A stretch of DNA of 62,964 bases, counting the filler, from Stramenopiles sp. TOSAG23-3 (lineage: Eukaryota): assembly GCA_900128585.1 (NCBI GenBank). It is 45 parts of 45 records of this genome, joined end to end, with 100 filler letters (N's around TTAATTAATTAA, not from the genome) between each part and the next. Parts side by side here need not be neighbours in the genome. Positions count along the whole stretch, not along the records: positions 1 to 1,316 come from LT646053.1; positions 1,417 to 2,731 come from LT646054.1; positions 2,832 to 4,146 come from LT646055.1; positions 4,247 to 5,560 come from LT646056.1; positions 5,661 to 6,972 come from LT646057.1; positions 7,073 to 8,384 come from LT646058.1; positions 8,485 to 9,796 come from LT646059.1; positions 9,897 to 11,207 come from LT646060.1; 37 more parts are not named here. The stretch is one strand, 5' to 3'. The position numbers were made by a program, and so were the translations under genes. Under the pieces are notes generated by a model. It was not told the DNA's origin, ran no database searches, and saw only the letters and a list, made by a program, of their open reading frames with translations. This document shows positions 1 to 11,307 of the stretch, piece after piece (positions within the stretch are counted from its first letter, which is position 1; each line of letters opens with the position of its first letter).

Positions 1-1
1 C

Positions 2-1054
2 CATCATCGCGGTGACGCTCGTCTCCAAGTACGTGGACGTTTCGTTGACGACCTGGTGCCACCGACCAGTGCTGGCGTCCTGAAACTTCATCATCGAGTC
101 GATAAAGTGAACAAAGGAAGACAGTACGGGGATGCGATTGGGGTGGTCCGGGAACTGCTCCATGCTCTCGAGAACTTCCAAGTGGCTCATGGCCCCCCAC
201 CCGTTCGCCCGCCCCCATTTGCAGCAAGATTGAAGCTTCGCCGTTTTGTTTACGTAGGCACCATGGTAGATCAGACCGTCGCCGCCCAGGTCATAAATGT
301 GGCGTCGAAACTGGAGCTGCATCGTAGAAATGTAATCGACCAACTTTCTCTTCTCCTGCAATGAAAGGGCATTCGTTCTGCTCAGGCGAGCCATAAGCGC
401 CATCCCCATGTACTGGTCATCTGCCCATACGTACGAAGTATCCCCCGAAGTGGCGTTGACGCAGCAACCGCCCCCGCGACTGAAAGTGTTGTCAACCTCC
501 AACCGCAACGGGAACGGTAAAAGATACTTGTCCACCGTCACCTTTGCGATGTCGTAGTCTTCTGTCTCCCCGCGCACGTCGTAGCGCCTCAAGTAATTGA
601 TGGGAAACAAGTTCATTTGGTCCCCAACGTTTCCAAACTGGTAATCGGAAAACGGCATGTCAGTGCTCAGGATAGCAAACGCACACGAACGGAAAGCAGC
701 CGCTTCGCCGTACGGGAAGTGGTGGGAGCAGTTAGCGTGGTGCACTGGGTCCGTCCTCGGATCTACTTTGTACCGTTGCAATATAGTTTCCGACAGCTGC
801 TTTTCCCACTGACTTTTTATGGTTTCGTCGTTTAAAATCCCCAATGCTTCGTACAGACCGTCTACTACGATGGCGGGTCCGTACTGAAACCCCCCTTCCC
901 AATTTACGAAAACCATTTCATTGCCCAGCAGCGCCTGCCCCACTCGAGTCGCAATGTCCGTCGGCGAGCTGGAACTCCGCCGTGCCGCAACGGTCCAAAC
1001 TGCAACGTGCAGCAACAAACAAGCCTGAACCACCAAACGCTTTCTCAGTATCAT
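2..1054 (-). CDS. Secreted glycoside hydrolase family 105/88 (unsaturated glycuronyl hydrolase), 3' end truncated
   Basis: Translated by hand (absent from the ORF track because it runs off the window). Signal-like MILRKRLVVQACLLLHVAVWTVAA, then GH105-type motifs WADDQYMG, WGRANGW and GRWHQVVNETSTYLETSVTAM. Confidence 0.85.
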   Translation of the reverse strand, partial: MILRKRLVVQACLLLHVAVWTVAARRSSSSPTDIATRVGQALLGNEMVFVNWEGGFQYGPAIVVDGLYEALGILNDETIKSQWEKQLSETILQRYKVDPRTDPVHHANCSHHFPYGEAAAFRSCAFAILSTDMPFSDYQFGNVGDQMNLFPINYLRRYDVRGETEDYDIAKVTVDKYLLPFPLRLEVDNTFSRGGGCCVNATSGDTSYVWADDQYMGMALMARLSRTNALSLQEKRKLVDYISTMQLQFRRHIYDLGGDGLIYHGAYVNKTAKLQSCCKWGRANGWGAMSHLEVLESMEQFPDHPNRIPVLSSFVHFIDSMMKFQDASTGRWHQVVNETSTYLETSVTAMM

Positions 1055-1235
1055 GGCATGAAATAAACCCCTTATTTTCAATGCTCTGTGTGTCCTTTTG
1101 CATTGAACACTTCTTATCGTTCAGAAGTTTTTTCTTCTTCTTAGTGTTTACGCTTAGTAAAATGTACATTGAACACATTGAACATGCGCACTTTGTTGTT
1201 TTGGTAATAATAATAATAATAAAAAAAATAAAATA

Positions 1236-1237
<2 letters not shown>

Positions 1238-1301
<64 letters not shown>

Positions 1302-1316
1302 AAAAAAAAAAAAAAA
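1238..1316 (+). repeat. Poly-A tract at contig end
   Basis: Near-pure A run up to the spacer. Confidence 0.9.
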
Positions 1317-1416
1317 NNNNNNNNNNNNNNNNNNNNNNNNNNNNNNNNNNNNNNNNNNNNTTAATTAATTAANNNNNNNNNNNNNNNNNNNNNNNNNNNN
1401 NNNNNNNNNNNNNNNN
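1317..1416. other. Artificial contig spacer N-TTAATTAATTAA-N, recurring about every 1.4 kb through the window
   Basis: Same 100-nt linker with stops in all six frames between all contigs; contig lengths fall steadily from 1316 to about 1290. Confidence 0.99.
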
Positions 1417-2731
1417 AACAATTTCTCGTGGCGACCAGTTTTGTTATCTGCGCACAGGAACAAAAATTCTCTAAATGTAATCTCGTCCTCGCTTGGGACA
1501 GGAAGCGCGCTTTGGTGGGGGTCGTTTTTCATTGCCTCTGCTATTTGCGCTGAGTTTTTCCGGGCACCGTCCATCATTAAATTCACATCTTTCAAACTAA
1601 CTGTAGCACCAAATTGTTTAAACAAGAGAACTAATTCGTTGGCATCGACGAGATTTGATTTATCTTTGTCTATCTTTTTGAAGGCTCTCTTAAGTTGCAC
1701 GATCTCCATAACATTAAAATTTTCGCGAATCTTGGCCACCAATGCATAGTACGGATGATTCCGATACGAGTAGTCTACCGTTTTGCGTTTTGGAGGATTC
1801 TTAATTCTTGCCCTGACCGTGTTTATTTGTTCTTCCATTTTCATCTTCTGGATTTTCGCCCTGCGCAGTCTCTCCTTTCTCTTTCTCATTTTGGCAGCAG
1901 ATATATAATTTCCATTATCTCCTCGGGGTTTCAAAAACACATCAAACTCGTCTAAACTAACCAAACCATCGCTGTCCTCGTCCAAGTATTCGACGAATTG
2001 ACGAAGCTCTTCCGGGGAAATACCGGCTTTGGGAAGAATTCGTCTAAGAAAGAAAGAAATTTCTTCCATGTCTAACTGACCGTCTTTGTTTGTATCCCAC
2101 GAATTGAAGAGTTTGGGTATATCCTGACCGCCGTTCGCATATGAGACTGCTCGCAGTTTTCGCTTAATCATCTCGATCTCTTCGTCATCTAGAACGCCGT
2201 CGGCAGTCCACGAGTGTTCTTCTACCACTCTCTCTTCAGTTCGCATACCATTTGCGTACATGTTCGCCTGTCCAGCAATTGTAAGCTCTTTGTCTAAACG
2301 CTTCCGCACGCCCCTGGGAGGCTTTTCGGAAACAAAATGGACAAACTCCTCTTTCCCGATGTAATCGTCCTTGTTGCTGTCCAAATAGTCAAAGAACTGG
2401 GAAAATTCTTCCTCACTCAGTTGGCTGGGAATTTTCATCGCCGCATGCAGATCATTATAGCTAAGTTTTCCGTCCTTATCTTTGTCAAATATATTGAAGA
2501 GATGTTCAGGGTCCATGCCTTTCGTAGAGTACGAAAGCATGCGCCACCTAATCTTTATTTGGTTAAGTTCATCTGCGTCCAGGATTTCGTCTTTGCTCAT
2601 TGCTTGGGAAGCAAGAGCGGCCGCATTGCTTAATTTGGTAAACAAGTCTGAGCATTTCTGTTTTCGTTTTGCCTTTGCGCACATTATGGTAAACTCTCCG
2701 AAATCTATTTCCGAGTCCTTGTTGACGTCCA
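1417..2731 (-). CDS. Multi-EF-hand calcium-binding protein, partial at both ends
   Basis: EF-hand loops DVNKDSEIDFGE, DKDKDGKLSYND, DSNKDDYIGKEE, DTNKDGQLDMEE, DEDSDGLVSLDE, DKDKSNLVDANE. Confidence 0.9.
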
Positions 2732-3629
2732 NNNNNNNNNNNNNNNNNNNNNNNNNNNNNNNNNNNNNNNNNNNNTTAATTAATTAANNNNNNNNNNNNN
2801 NNNNNNNNNNNNNNNNNNNNNNNNNNNNNNNTATATATATATAATCCTTACATTATATAGTACAGAAGTTATCGAACAAACCACTTTTTTTGGTTCTTTC
2901 TTCTTTCTTCTATTTCATTTCATTCTTTTATTTTTAGTTATAAGTAGACTACGAGTAGTTATAAAGTTATAATATTTTTATTTTAATAAAAAGTGAAGGA
3001 AGCGAAGAATGGGAGGAGAGGGCAAAAGGTGTTTTTGTTTGTTGAAGTTAGTCGTTCTGTTCTTTCTTTCCTTTCTATTTTCTAGATCTAATTTTTAGAT
3101 TATATATAACGTTATTAGAGGCTAGCTAGGAAAAGGAAGGAGTGAGGACTATTAAAAATGATAACAACAGGGTATAGGGTAGAATATTGATCATTATGGT
3201 ATTTCTTCTTTTTATTATTTTTTATTGTGGCCATCATCAGCCGATTCATTTTGCGATCCATGATGAACATTTATTATTTCTTTCTTCTTCTTCTAAATTT
3301 TGTCACTCCAATGGTATTACTATGTTGTGAGTTGGTAACTTCTATGAAATAAAAAAAAAATAATAGAAGAAGAAGTAGAAGAAAGAAGAGGAAAGGGAAG
3401 GGTGTTGTTTCCATCCTATTCTTCATTTGATGAAACGCAGTACTACGGTACGGTACGAAGAGTCTGTCTATTGGTAAAAATTTACAACCACTAACTACAC
3501 ATACATGGTTTCTAGATTCACCCGATAACAATATCTAAACTGTTTTAGGATAAGTAAGCAGGAGAACGCAAGACATACGTAGTATTCAAACATTTCTATC
3601 TTCAAATTTATTCAGACACTCAAGCCAAT

Positions 3630-4146
3630 ATGACGACCCGTAAACGTACTGATAGTGCAGGTTCCGCTGCCTCGGACAACACGAAGGATGAAGATCACAC
3701 CAACAAACGGGCAAAGATGGAAGATCCTGTCGTCGAAGACACGCCGAAGGAAGCTGAAGAGACCGAACAAACCGCAGAACGTGAAGACCCACCCCCGGCT
3801 ATCGAAGCTGGTGGTGCTTCCCCCCAACAACAAGAAGAAGGAGAAATGCTGGACTGCCGCGACTGCGGTAACAAATTCCTTTTCTCTAAAGGCGAGCAAG
3901 AATTCTTCGACATGAAAGGCTTCACTAACAAGCCTTCCCGATGCAAAGAGTGCAAGGTAAAGAAAAGGGCCGAGCGCGACGGGGGACGTGGCAAGCCAGT
4001 ATGCTACGCGTTTCAGCGTGGAGATTGCACCAGAGGTGCTGATTGCAGATATGCTCACGAAAGTGGAGGCGGCGGCGGCTACAATGATCGTGGGAGTCGT
4101 GGTGGCTACAACGACCGCCCACGGGGCGTGTGCTACGCGTTCCAGC
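3630..4146 (+). CDS. CxxC-x17-CxxC-type zinc ribbon plus CCCH zinc-finger, RGG-rich RNA-binding protein (partial)
   Basis: LDCRDCGNKFLFSKGEQEFFDMKGFTNKPSRCKEC, then CYAFQRGDCTRGADCRYAH and GGY/RGG repeats. Confidence 0.85.
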
Positions 4147-4246
4147 NNNNNNNNNNNNNNNNNNNNNNNNNNNNNNNNNNNNNNNNNNNNTTAATTAATT
4201 AANNNNNNNNNNNNNNNNNNNNNNNNNNNNNNNNNNNNNNNNNNNN

Positions 4247-4344
4247 TGCGATGCAACGACCATCCTGTTCCACGAACTGCAACGCTCCACGCTGGCACGC
4301 CCCCTGCCCACGAAAAGGAACACCAGTAGTAATAATCCCACCAT
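4247..4344 (-). CDS. Possible N-terminus of a secreted protein
   Basis: MVGLLLLVFLFVGRGRAS signal-like start running into the contig end. Confidence 0.35.
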
Positions 4345-4937
4345 GTGCTTTCGTTGTCTATCTGCCGCCCTGTGGATGACGATTTTCGAATAATTACATC
4401 CAATCGATACGTACTATTCAGAGATAAAACGCAATCTTCCAATTAAAAGTGCCGGGCCGCTTCACGATAGATTTTTAGAATGTCACTTGAGTGCCGCTGA
4501 TTCTTTATCAATCAAAATAATGAAATACATTATTATTATATATGGTAAATTTAATAATAATATAAACTAAATTTTTCTTCTTTTTTTTTCTTGAATAATA
4601 TATTTTATAATCTTTTGTTGTGTTACGTTTTTTTGATGTTTAAAATTATACTTATTATACTTTTAGTATACTATATGTTAATAGAGAAATACCATTTGTT
4701 TTTTTGATTGACACTCCCCCGATCCCCCGATCTGAAGGAAAAAGAGAGCGAATGTTTCCGGAGTGTTACACGCGAGATTTTTATTTTGTATTTACGCTCT
4801 GTTTATATTTTAATTAAATATTTGTGCTATAAAAATTATACAAACACACCAGACCCCCCTCTCATTCAGACAAAACGACATTTTACGGAAAATACTCTTT
4901 TTTTTGTGTTCACCTCGCGTGTATTTTAAAGCTAAAT

Positions 4938-5560
4938 TTACTTGAACTGGTCGAAATAGAGGCTCTCTTCGACCATTTTGCAGTATTTCAGGTTGGCTTT
5001 CCCGCCGACGATCTGCGACAGCTGTTCAAGGACATGCTTCGAGGGCAGCTTACAAAGCCCCTCGATGATCCCGTTGTCGACGTAGTACTTTACGACTTGG
5101 TTGTAGACGTCGAGCCCCAGGGCGTCCGTCGCCGCATTTTTACGGACGTTCCCACCCCTGCGGATGCTTGGGCTGCTCGGGGGCATTTGTCGCCGGCCGC
5201 GCTTCTGTGGGGTGCGGTTGGCCGCCTGGGGGGCCACCGCGATGGCAACGACAGGATTCTCCCCGTCTTCGTCGCTTTCAAAATCGTCGCTGTAGTAATC
5301 TTCGAAGTCTTCCTCCGACGCCTCATTGGCGACGGGCTCGACGGGGGCCAGCTTGACGGCCTCGAAGGCGGCCTCGACTTCCACGACGGAGAAGTTTGGC
5401 TCGATGTACGTCGCCGGATTCACCATGCCCCCGATCGAATGCGAGACCGAGCTTGGGCGAAACTGCTGGGACTTTCTGCTCTTGGCCAGGACCCGGTTCG
5501 CCTCTGCCTCCATATGGGCCCGCTGCAAATCGTGCATTTGCTGCGATCGCCGGGACTCTT
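4938..5560 (-). CDS. C-terminal part of an unknown protein (acidic YYSDDFE stretch and helical tail, possibly a NEK-kinase-like C-terminus)
   Basis: GC-rich open frame from the contig edge to TAA; the family resemblance is weak. Confidence 0.55.
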
Positions 5561-5763
5561 NNNNNNNNNNNNNNNNNNNNNNNNNNNNNNNNNNNNNNNN
5601 NNNNTTAATTAATTAANNNNNNNNNNNNNNNNNNNNNNNNNNNNNNNNNNNNNNNNNNNNATGCCTAGGCCTATATTGAAATTTCGCAAAGCCGTGCGGA
5701 ATTCGTACTTTCCAATTTTTCCCGAACCGGCCGCTCCCATCTTTCGAAAAGCATTTCTCAAAT

Positions 5764-6972
5764 TTGCAGCCGCCCCCAACGTACGAGCCGTTTCATGTCA
5801 GGCTATATAAAGAGGGGCAAGCTCGCCAAAAGCGACATAATCAAAAACACAAACATGCGTCCTTGGGGAGAGACTACACCTTCAAACCTGCCATAAATGT
5901 AAAGTCTAGAAAAATCACTAATGGTAGGCACCAATCCGTGCAACAAGATCAGAGTCCAGAGTCTCCGTCAAGGGGTCAAGTAGAGTCTCAAGTGTTCTGT
6001 CGACTGTACAAGGCTGGCGTCGAGCATCATAGAAAAATGGAACAACTTAGCCAAAGGCGACCCCAGTTTAACTTTTCGCCCACCCTGTCTCCAAAATCAC
6101 GTCGCATCATGAAAGTAAACCAGACTAAATCTTCGATGCCAGAGACGGAGGACGGCTTGTCGCTAGAGGAAAAATACCAGAAGAGACGGAAAAAAACAAA
6201 TTTCGGTGAAAAGTTATACCAGGACGCTCAGAGACGGATGCAAAAGCAAGAAAAACAACGGCGTATGCGACAGTCCAAGAAAGAATTTTCGTTCACTCCA
6301 CAAATAAATAAGCAGGGGTCGCCTAGTTGGGGCCAAAATTCTACCCGTGCAGACTTTGGAAACCGACTATATGAGGAGGGGAAACAGCGATTAAAGCGCC
6401 GAGAACAAAACATGCTATCGATGCAGAAAAAGTTCTCCTTTTCGCCGCGAACAAATCAGTACAAATCGTCAGGTGGAAAGAGTACATCTGTAACTGGCAA
6501 GCGCAATCATGGCAGTGGAAACAATAAACGGGTGCGGCGACCTAAATCGTTCAAAAGGCCCCAAAAGAACACTGCACATTACAGTAGCAGCGACGATGAC
6601 TCCTTAGAAGACGTTGACGAAAGCGATGACGATGAAAGCGATGATGATGAAAGCGATAGCGATGGAAGTGAGGCTCAGAGGCCGCTTCGACGGAAAGCAA
6701 ATTCAACGATCTTACAGGCGTACGACAGAGGGAAAACCAGCCAATCCGCTTCGAAACGGAAAGAAAATGTTGTTGTAAACGCAACAAAGGTGGGGGAAAT
6801 AGACTCTTTTGGGAAGTGGGACAGTGAAAAGATCGACCAAGAGTTGGATATGTTCAACATGCTACAAACTTCTCCGACAGAAAAAACTGGAACGGTGCAA
6901 CGCACTGAGGAATCCATAGATCGGCTATCCCAACTTAAAGAAATCCAAGAAGCCGCCAAATCCAAACGTGCT
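5764..6972 (+). CDS. Basic protein with repeated F.RLY...F(S/T)F.P.(I/T)N motifs (protist cytoskeletal-type repeat), partial
   Basis: Four RLY/KLY ... TFKPAIN, FSPTLS, FTPQIN, FSPRTN units, followed by an acidic DDESDD tract. Confidence 0.7.
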
Positions 6973-7074
6973 NNNNNNNNNNNNNNNNNNNNNNNNNNNN
7001 NNNNNNNNNNNNNNNNTTAATTAATTAANNNNNNNNNNNNNNNNNNNNNNNNNNNNNNNNNNNNNNNNNNNNAG

Positions 7075-7797
7075 GCCAAGGAGAACGAGCGAGAGTGGCT
7101 TAGCCAGCAGCTGCAGGGCGACCTGGACGACAACCGCCTGGTCGACAGCGTCACTGGGGAACGCCGCGTGTACCGCAAGCGGGGGACCCCGGAGAAGAAG
7201 CACGGCCTGTACCAGGGCTCTCCGAAGCGCTTGGTGTTTGCCATCGATCTATCGGCGTCGATGGCGCGCATGAACAATTGGGACGGGCGTCTCGACCGTA
7301 TGGTCCAGGCGAGCATTCTGATGATGGAGGCGTTGAGTGGGTTTGGGCACAAGTTCGACTACGCAATTGTCGGGCATTCCGGGGTCGGACCAGACATCCC
7401 GTTGGTGGAGTTTGGGAAGCCGCCCGCCACGCCGGAAGAGAGGCTGGAAGTCGTGAACAAAATGTACCTTCATGCCCGGGGCGCGACGACGGGGGACTCG
7501 TCGTTGCTGGCGGCCCAGCTGGCCGTCAAGGCCGTCACAAAAGAGAAAGGGGACGACTACTTAGTCTTTCTCTTCTCGGACGCAAACTTGGGGCGGTACG
7601 GGATATCTCCCGCGCACTTGACTGAGGCGTTGACAAACCGAAAGAGCGTCCAGGGCCACGCCATATTTTTGGCAGAAGAAAGCGCGGCAGCGTGGCTGGC
7701 GAAGGAGATGCCCTGGGGCAGGGGCTTTGTGGCAATGGAGTTGGCTGCACTGCCCAAAATTTTAAAGGCTGCGTTTGAGAATGCTGTGGCGCAGTAA
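7075..7797 (+). CDS. VWA8: VWA8 (KIAA0564)-like protein, C-terminal VWA domain
   Basis: EREWL..Q.GDLDDNRLVD..TGER.VYRKRG, MIDAS DLSASM, DGRLDR, IVGHSG, SDANLGRYGI. Confidence 0.9.
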   Translation, partial: AKENEREWLSQQLQGDLDDNRLVDSVTGERRVYRKRGTPEKKHGLYQGSPKRLVFAIDLSASMARMNNWDGRLDRMVQASILMMEALSGFGHKFDYAIVGHSGVGPDIPLVEFGKPPATPEERLEVVNKMYLHARGATTGDSSLLAAQLAVKAVTKEKGDDYLVFLFSDANLGRYGISPAHLTEALTNRKSVQGHAIFLAEESAAAWLAKEMPWGRGFVAMELAALPKILKAAFENAVAQ

Positions 7798-8153
7798 TAA
7801 AGGTTTAGGTTGTAAAGTGTTCAACATACTACATCTCTACAGCAAAACAAAATCCCAAATACAGTTTTTATCTATGATATAATTTAAATTATTAATTGGA
7901 GAAACACAAAAAATAATATGATATGAATATATGATATGTGCTGGGTTGTTTTTAATTTAAAAAACAAAATATTATTAGTTTTTAATTTTATTAAAAAGTA
8001 AATGATTTAACAATTGAAAAAGCACCACAGTAACACATATATTTTACTGTTTAAAGAGTTTGGTTTTAGTAAAACTTAGACTTAAGAATTGTTACAGTTT
8101 AATGGTCCCCTTTTGGCAAAACATTTGATTGTGCATGCGTGCACGTCTCTCTC

Positions 8154-8384
8154 TCACCTTGAAATAAAAAGCAGGCACTGCTTCAGTATTTTTGGAATCT
8201 GCGTGGTATCGAGCGCGACGAACACCTGGCCAGCGGGGCATTGCTCCGCCAATCGGATGGCTTGGTCTCCGATCGAGCCGATGAAGAGAATGAACACTCG
8301 CACCCGTTTGTCCAGTTTGAGCAAGCGCTGCAAGTCGCCCCCCCCGATTCCGTATTGCTCCAGGTTGGCATCCGACAGAAGAAA
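8154..8384 (-). CDS. VWA8: Second VWA8-like C-terminus, convergent with the first
   Basis: Hand translation FLLSDANLEQYGIGGGDLQRLLKLDKRVRVFILFIGSIGDQAIRLAEQCPAGQVFVALDTTQIPKILKQCLLFISR*. Confidence 0.85.
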   Translation of the reverse strand, partial: FLLSDANLEQYGIGGGDLQRLLKLDKRVRVFILFIGSIGDQAIRLAEQCPAGQVFVALDTTQIPKILKQCLLFISR

Positions 8385-8484
8385 NNNNNNNNNNNNNNNN
8401 NNNNNNNNNNNNNNNNNNNNNNNNNNNNTTAATTAATTAANNNNNNNNNNNNNNNNNNNNNNNNNNNNNNNNNNNNNNNNNNNN

Positions 8485-8697
8485 ACCGTTATCAAGACCA
8501 TGGAAAACGTACGGCGACGCCACACGTTGAACGAAGGCGAAGGGCACAGCGAGCTCTACGAGAAGCTGCGCCGCGCAAAGTTGAAGATCAAGAAAAAAGG
8601 GACGGTTGCTAAATTAGCTAAACTAGGGTATGACAAGGATGGTGTAAAGATGTCGGCGAAGGAGGACAAAGAGGGTAGTGCTGGGTCGAAAAAGTAG
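8485..8697 (+). CDS. 3' end of an unknown Lys-rich protein
   Basis: Open frame from the contig start to TAG, followed by AT-rich sequence. Confidence 0.5.
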   Translation, partial: TVIKTMENVRRRHTLNEGEGHSELYEKLRRAKLKIKKKGTVAKLAKLGYDKDGVKMSAKEDKEGSAGSKK

Positions 8698-9491
8698 AGG
8701 GTACCACACGCAGTGGTAGGAAGAAGGAAGCTCTTCTGGTCGTGGTGGTGGCTTCGTCGGAGTCCCTGCGCCATCCTGGCTGGGAGTAAAAGGTGGTTTG
8801 ACTTTTAAACAATTTTAGGGGCTGCGTTGTGTATGGGTGTACATAATGATACATGACTGTGTGTGGTGTGTGGTTTTGTAAATTAACAAGTAAGCGTGCG
8901 TAGGATTTAGCGCGCGTGCATAGTTTGAATAAAGTTTAAACAATTATAATCACATTTTAGATAGTTGCTAATAAAGTGAGAGTCTTGAAGCAATACGTTA
9001 TAAAATTTGTTTTTAATCACATTTTTGAAAAAAACTAATGTTATGTATCATATGTTTTAAGACTCTCACGAAGAGATTAATCCCAAATTTGTAGAACTGA
9101 TCTAATTTTGCGACTGCTAAAAATCATTGATATTATGTATGGATATATTTTGTTTTTTTTATGTATGGATATGAAAAACAAATTTTATGGGATATGATTA
9201 CGCATCATGTTTCAAAATTAGAAATTTTACAAAAACTTCCAATTCCCGCAACAACGGTAAAAGCTTCGGGGGGAGAAACTCCTTTTAGCTTAAATGTGAA
9301 TGTTTTTCTTTTCCTTTGGCCAGAGTCGCAATCGGCTATTCATAATTTACATGGTCCCTGTCGCCAGAGCTAGCGTAGCTGAATTGAACACAGAATGACA
9401 ACAAAACCGGGGACGTTTGCCCCCCAGCCTTTTCAGCAAACGAAAAGATCGAGCCGCTTCTTCCGGAATATGGCACCTTCCCCAACACAAC

Positions 9492-9796
9492 TTACCCAAA
9501 CATTATGAACATGTGCAGGCGCCTGCGGAGGGCGCTGGCGTCCATCCCCCCATTCGTCAAGCGAACGTTCCGGGCCGTGCGTGTCAAGTCTTCCAGAGTA
9601 GCTAATTCGAGAAACTGCTCGGTCAAGCCGGTCGCCCGACAATACTCCTCCCTCGCGACCCCGCGGTAGTTATTGACACCACTATCGAACGTGACCCTAT
9701 CGTCTTCTTCCCAGTCCTCCGTAATTCTCAGGAACTGGTGGTCCCCGTCCTTGGTCTCTCTAATGCGTTTTGCCAAGGACTCCAGCGACCGGCGAC
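9492..9796 (-). CDS. Fragment or exon of an unknown protein
   Basis: GC-rich open frame from the contig edge; the stop falls inside GGGTAAGT, a possible 5' splice site. Confidence 0.5.
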
Positions 9797-9896
9797 NNNN
9801 NNNNNNNNNNNNNNNNNNNNNNNNNNNNNNNNNNNNNNNNTTAATTAATTAANNNNNNNNNNNNNNNNNNNNNNNNNNNNNNNNNNNNNNNNNNNN

Positions 9897-10830
9897 CATC
9901 CATTCCAACACCATTGTCAAACATAACAATGTAGCATATTTGGTGCTCAGAACATTCATCGTCCAAAAATACATAAATGTCGATTTCGGGTTTGCCATTC
10001 TTCTTCAGAATAGGCTCTGTGTATGCTAAACTGTTATCGATCAGTTCCCCAAAAGCTTCGTGAATTTTGTCGTAGGCTCCTGGGTTCCTCATAATTCCTG
10101 TATCAGGGATGATCGTCTCTGTGTACTCCTCAGCACGATCGTCCTCCGGGCGCCTAGATTCTTGAAGGAGCAAATACTGGGTTTCAGATTCTTCCAAAAA
10201 CATGATTTCCTCTACAAAGCCATCGTCTACATCATACTCTTCGCCATTGATTGTTTTCTGTATCAAACATAAGTCAGACTCCTCCAAGTCTGAAAAGACG
10301 CTTTCTTTCTTGATTTTTGTTTTTTTCCTGTATAGTTTTTATCACGTCCGACACAGTTCGCACCAGCTGCGACTCTAACGTCACATAAAATGTTGCCCCA
10401 GGCCCTCTTGCAGGACCTGAAACGCTTATCGTCTTTGTTGCGCACCTATTCCTTCCTGTTTCTTTCGGGCGAGATGAGTTATTTTGGGGTTTCGACCTCG
10501 CTTCAGAAGAAACCGGTGACGACTTGAAAGGTACCCTATGCAAACGAAGTTGATAAGGCGTGTAATCGTCTGGGTTGCCAAAGTAGTCCCCTGGGACATG
10601 CCCTTGTGTCGGATTCCCGAATTTCTTCCTATCATTCGGGTGCAGATGAAAATGGAACATGTTCGATAATTCCAGTTTCAGACTTTCCATGCTATCCTCT
10701 GCACGGAGAACTTTAACCTGTCTTGGGAGAAGAGGCCCCATTATCAAGCAAGTGAAATGCTGCGGAGGCTCTGGTTGGTGGTCACTGATCCGTTTTGCCA
10801 TCCTCCCGTTCAACGTTCTATCGTCTGGTA
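9897..10830 (-). pseudogene. SMCHD1/MORC-like GHKL ATPase gene fragment with at least one frameshift
   Basis: AFGELIDNSL and IVMFDNGVGM are GHKL motifs; the upstream frame joins across a 7-nt homopolymer at 10320-10326. Confidence 0.6.
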
Positions 10831-11307
10831 TTAATTGGCGGTGTGTACAGATCGTTCAAATATTCGTCCCAGAGCAAAACAGTAAATAAGAAGTATTTTT
10901 GTTTCGCTCTAGAAAAGAATTTATGGAATGCTACTTGAAAAAGGTACAATTCGATTTTTATATTGTTATTGTTGTGGCTTTGGACTTGGGACCATGAAGC
11001 GGCGGCGAAAGAGGAAAAAAATTATTGTTGTATTATATAATATTATTATATTTTTCTTCTTCTCTTCTTACTCTTACTACTCTATTAATACTACTTTTGC
11101 TATCAGATATTCCTACAGCTACTCAGCATCGAAACAAACGAGAAAAAGGAGAGAAATGAATATGTAAACAGCTCTGGCTTCATTCCTCATTGCCACTCAT
11201 TGCCCATNNNNNNNNNNNNNNNNNNNNNNNNNNNNNNNNNNNNNNNNNNNNTTAATTAATTAANNNNNNNNNNNNNNNNNNNNNNNNNNNNNNNNNNNNN
11301 NNNNNNN

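Noticed and set aside
56-1236. Plus-strand ORFs in the track
   Set aside because: Antisense shadows of the GH105 gene.
1238-1316. Poly-A suggesting an mRNA tail or retrocopy
   Set aside because: It lies upstream of a minus-strand gene, with no sense gene or target-site duplication; other contigs also end in simple repeats.
1317-1416. Regularly spaced TTAATTAATTAA motif resembling a repeat array
   Set aside because: Artificial linker inside N runs. ORFs ending in X...LIN are artefacts, and gene adjacency across spacers carries no meaning.
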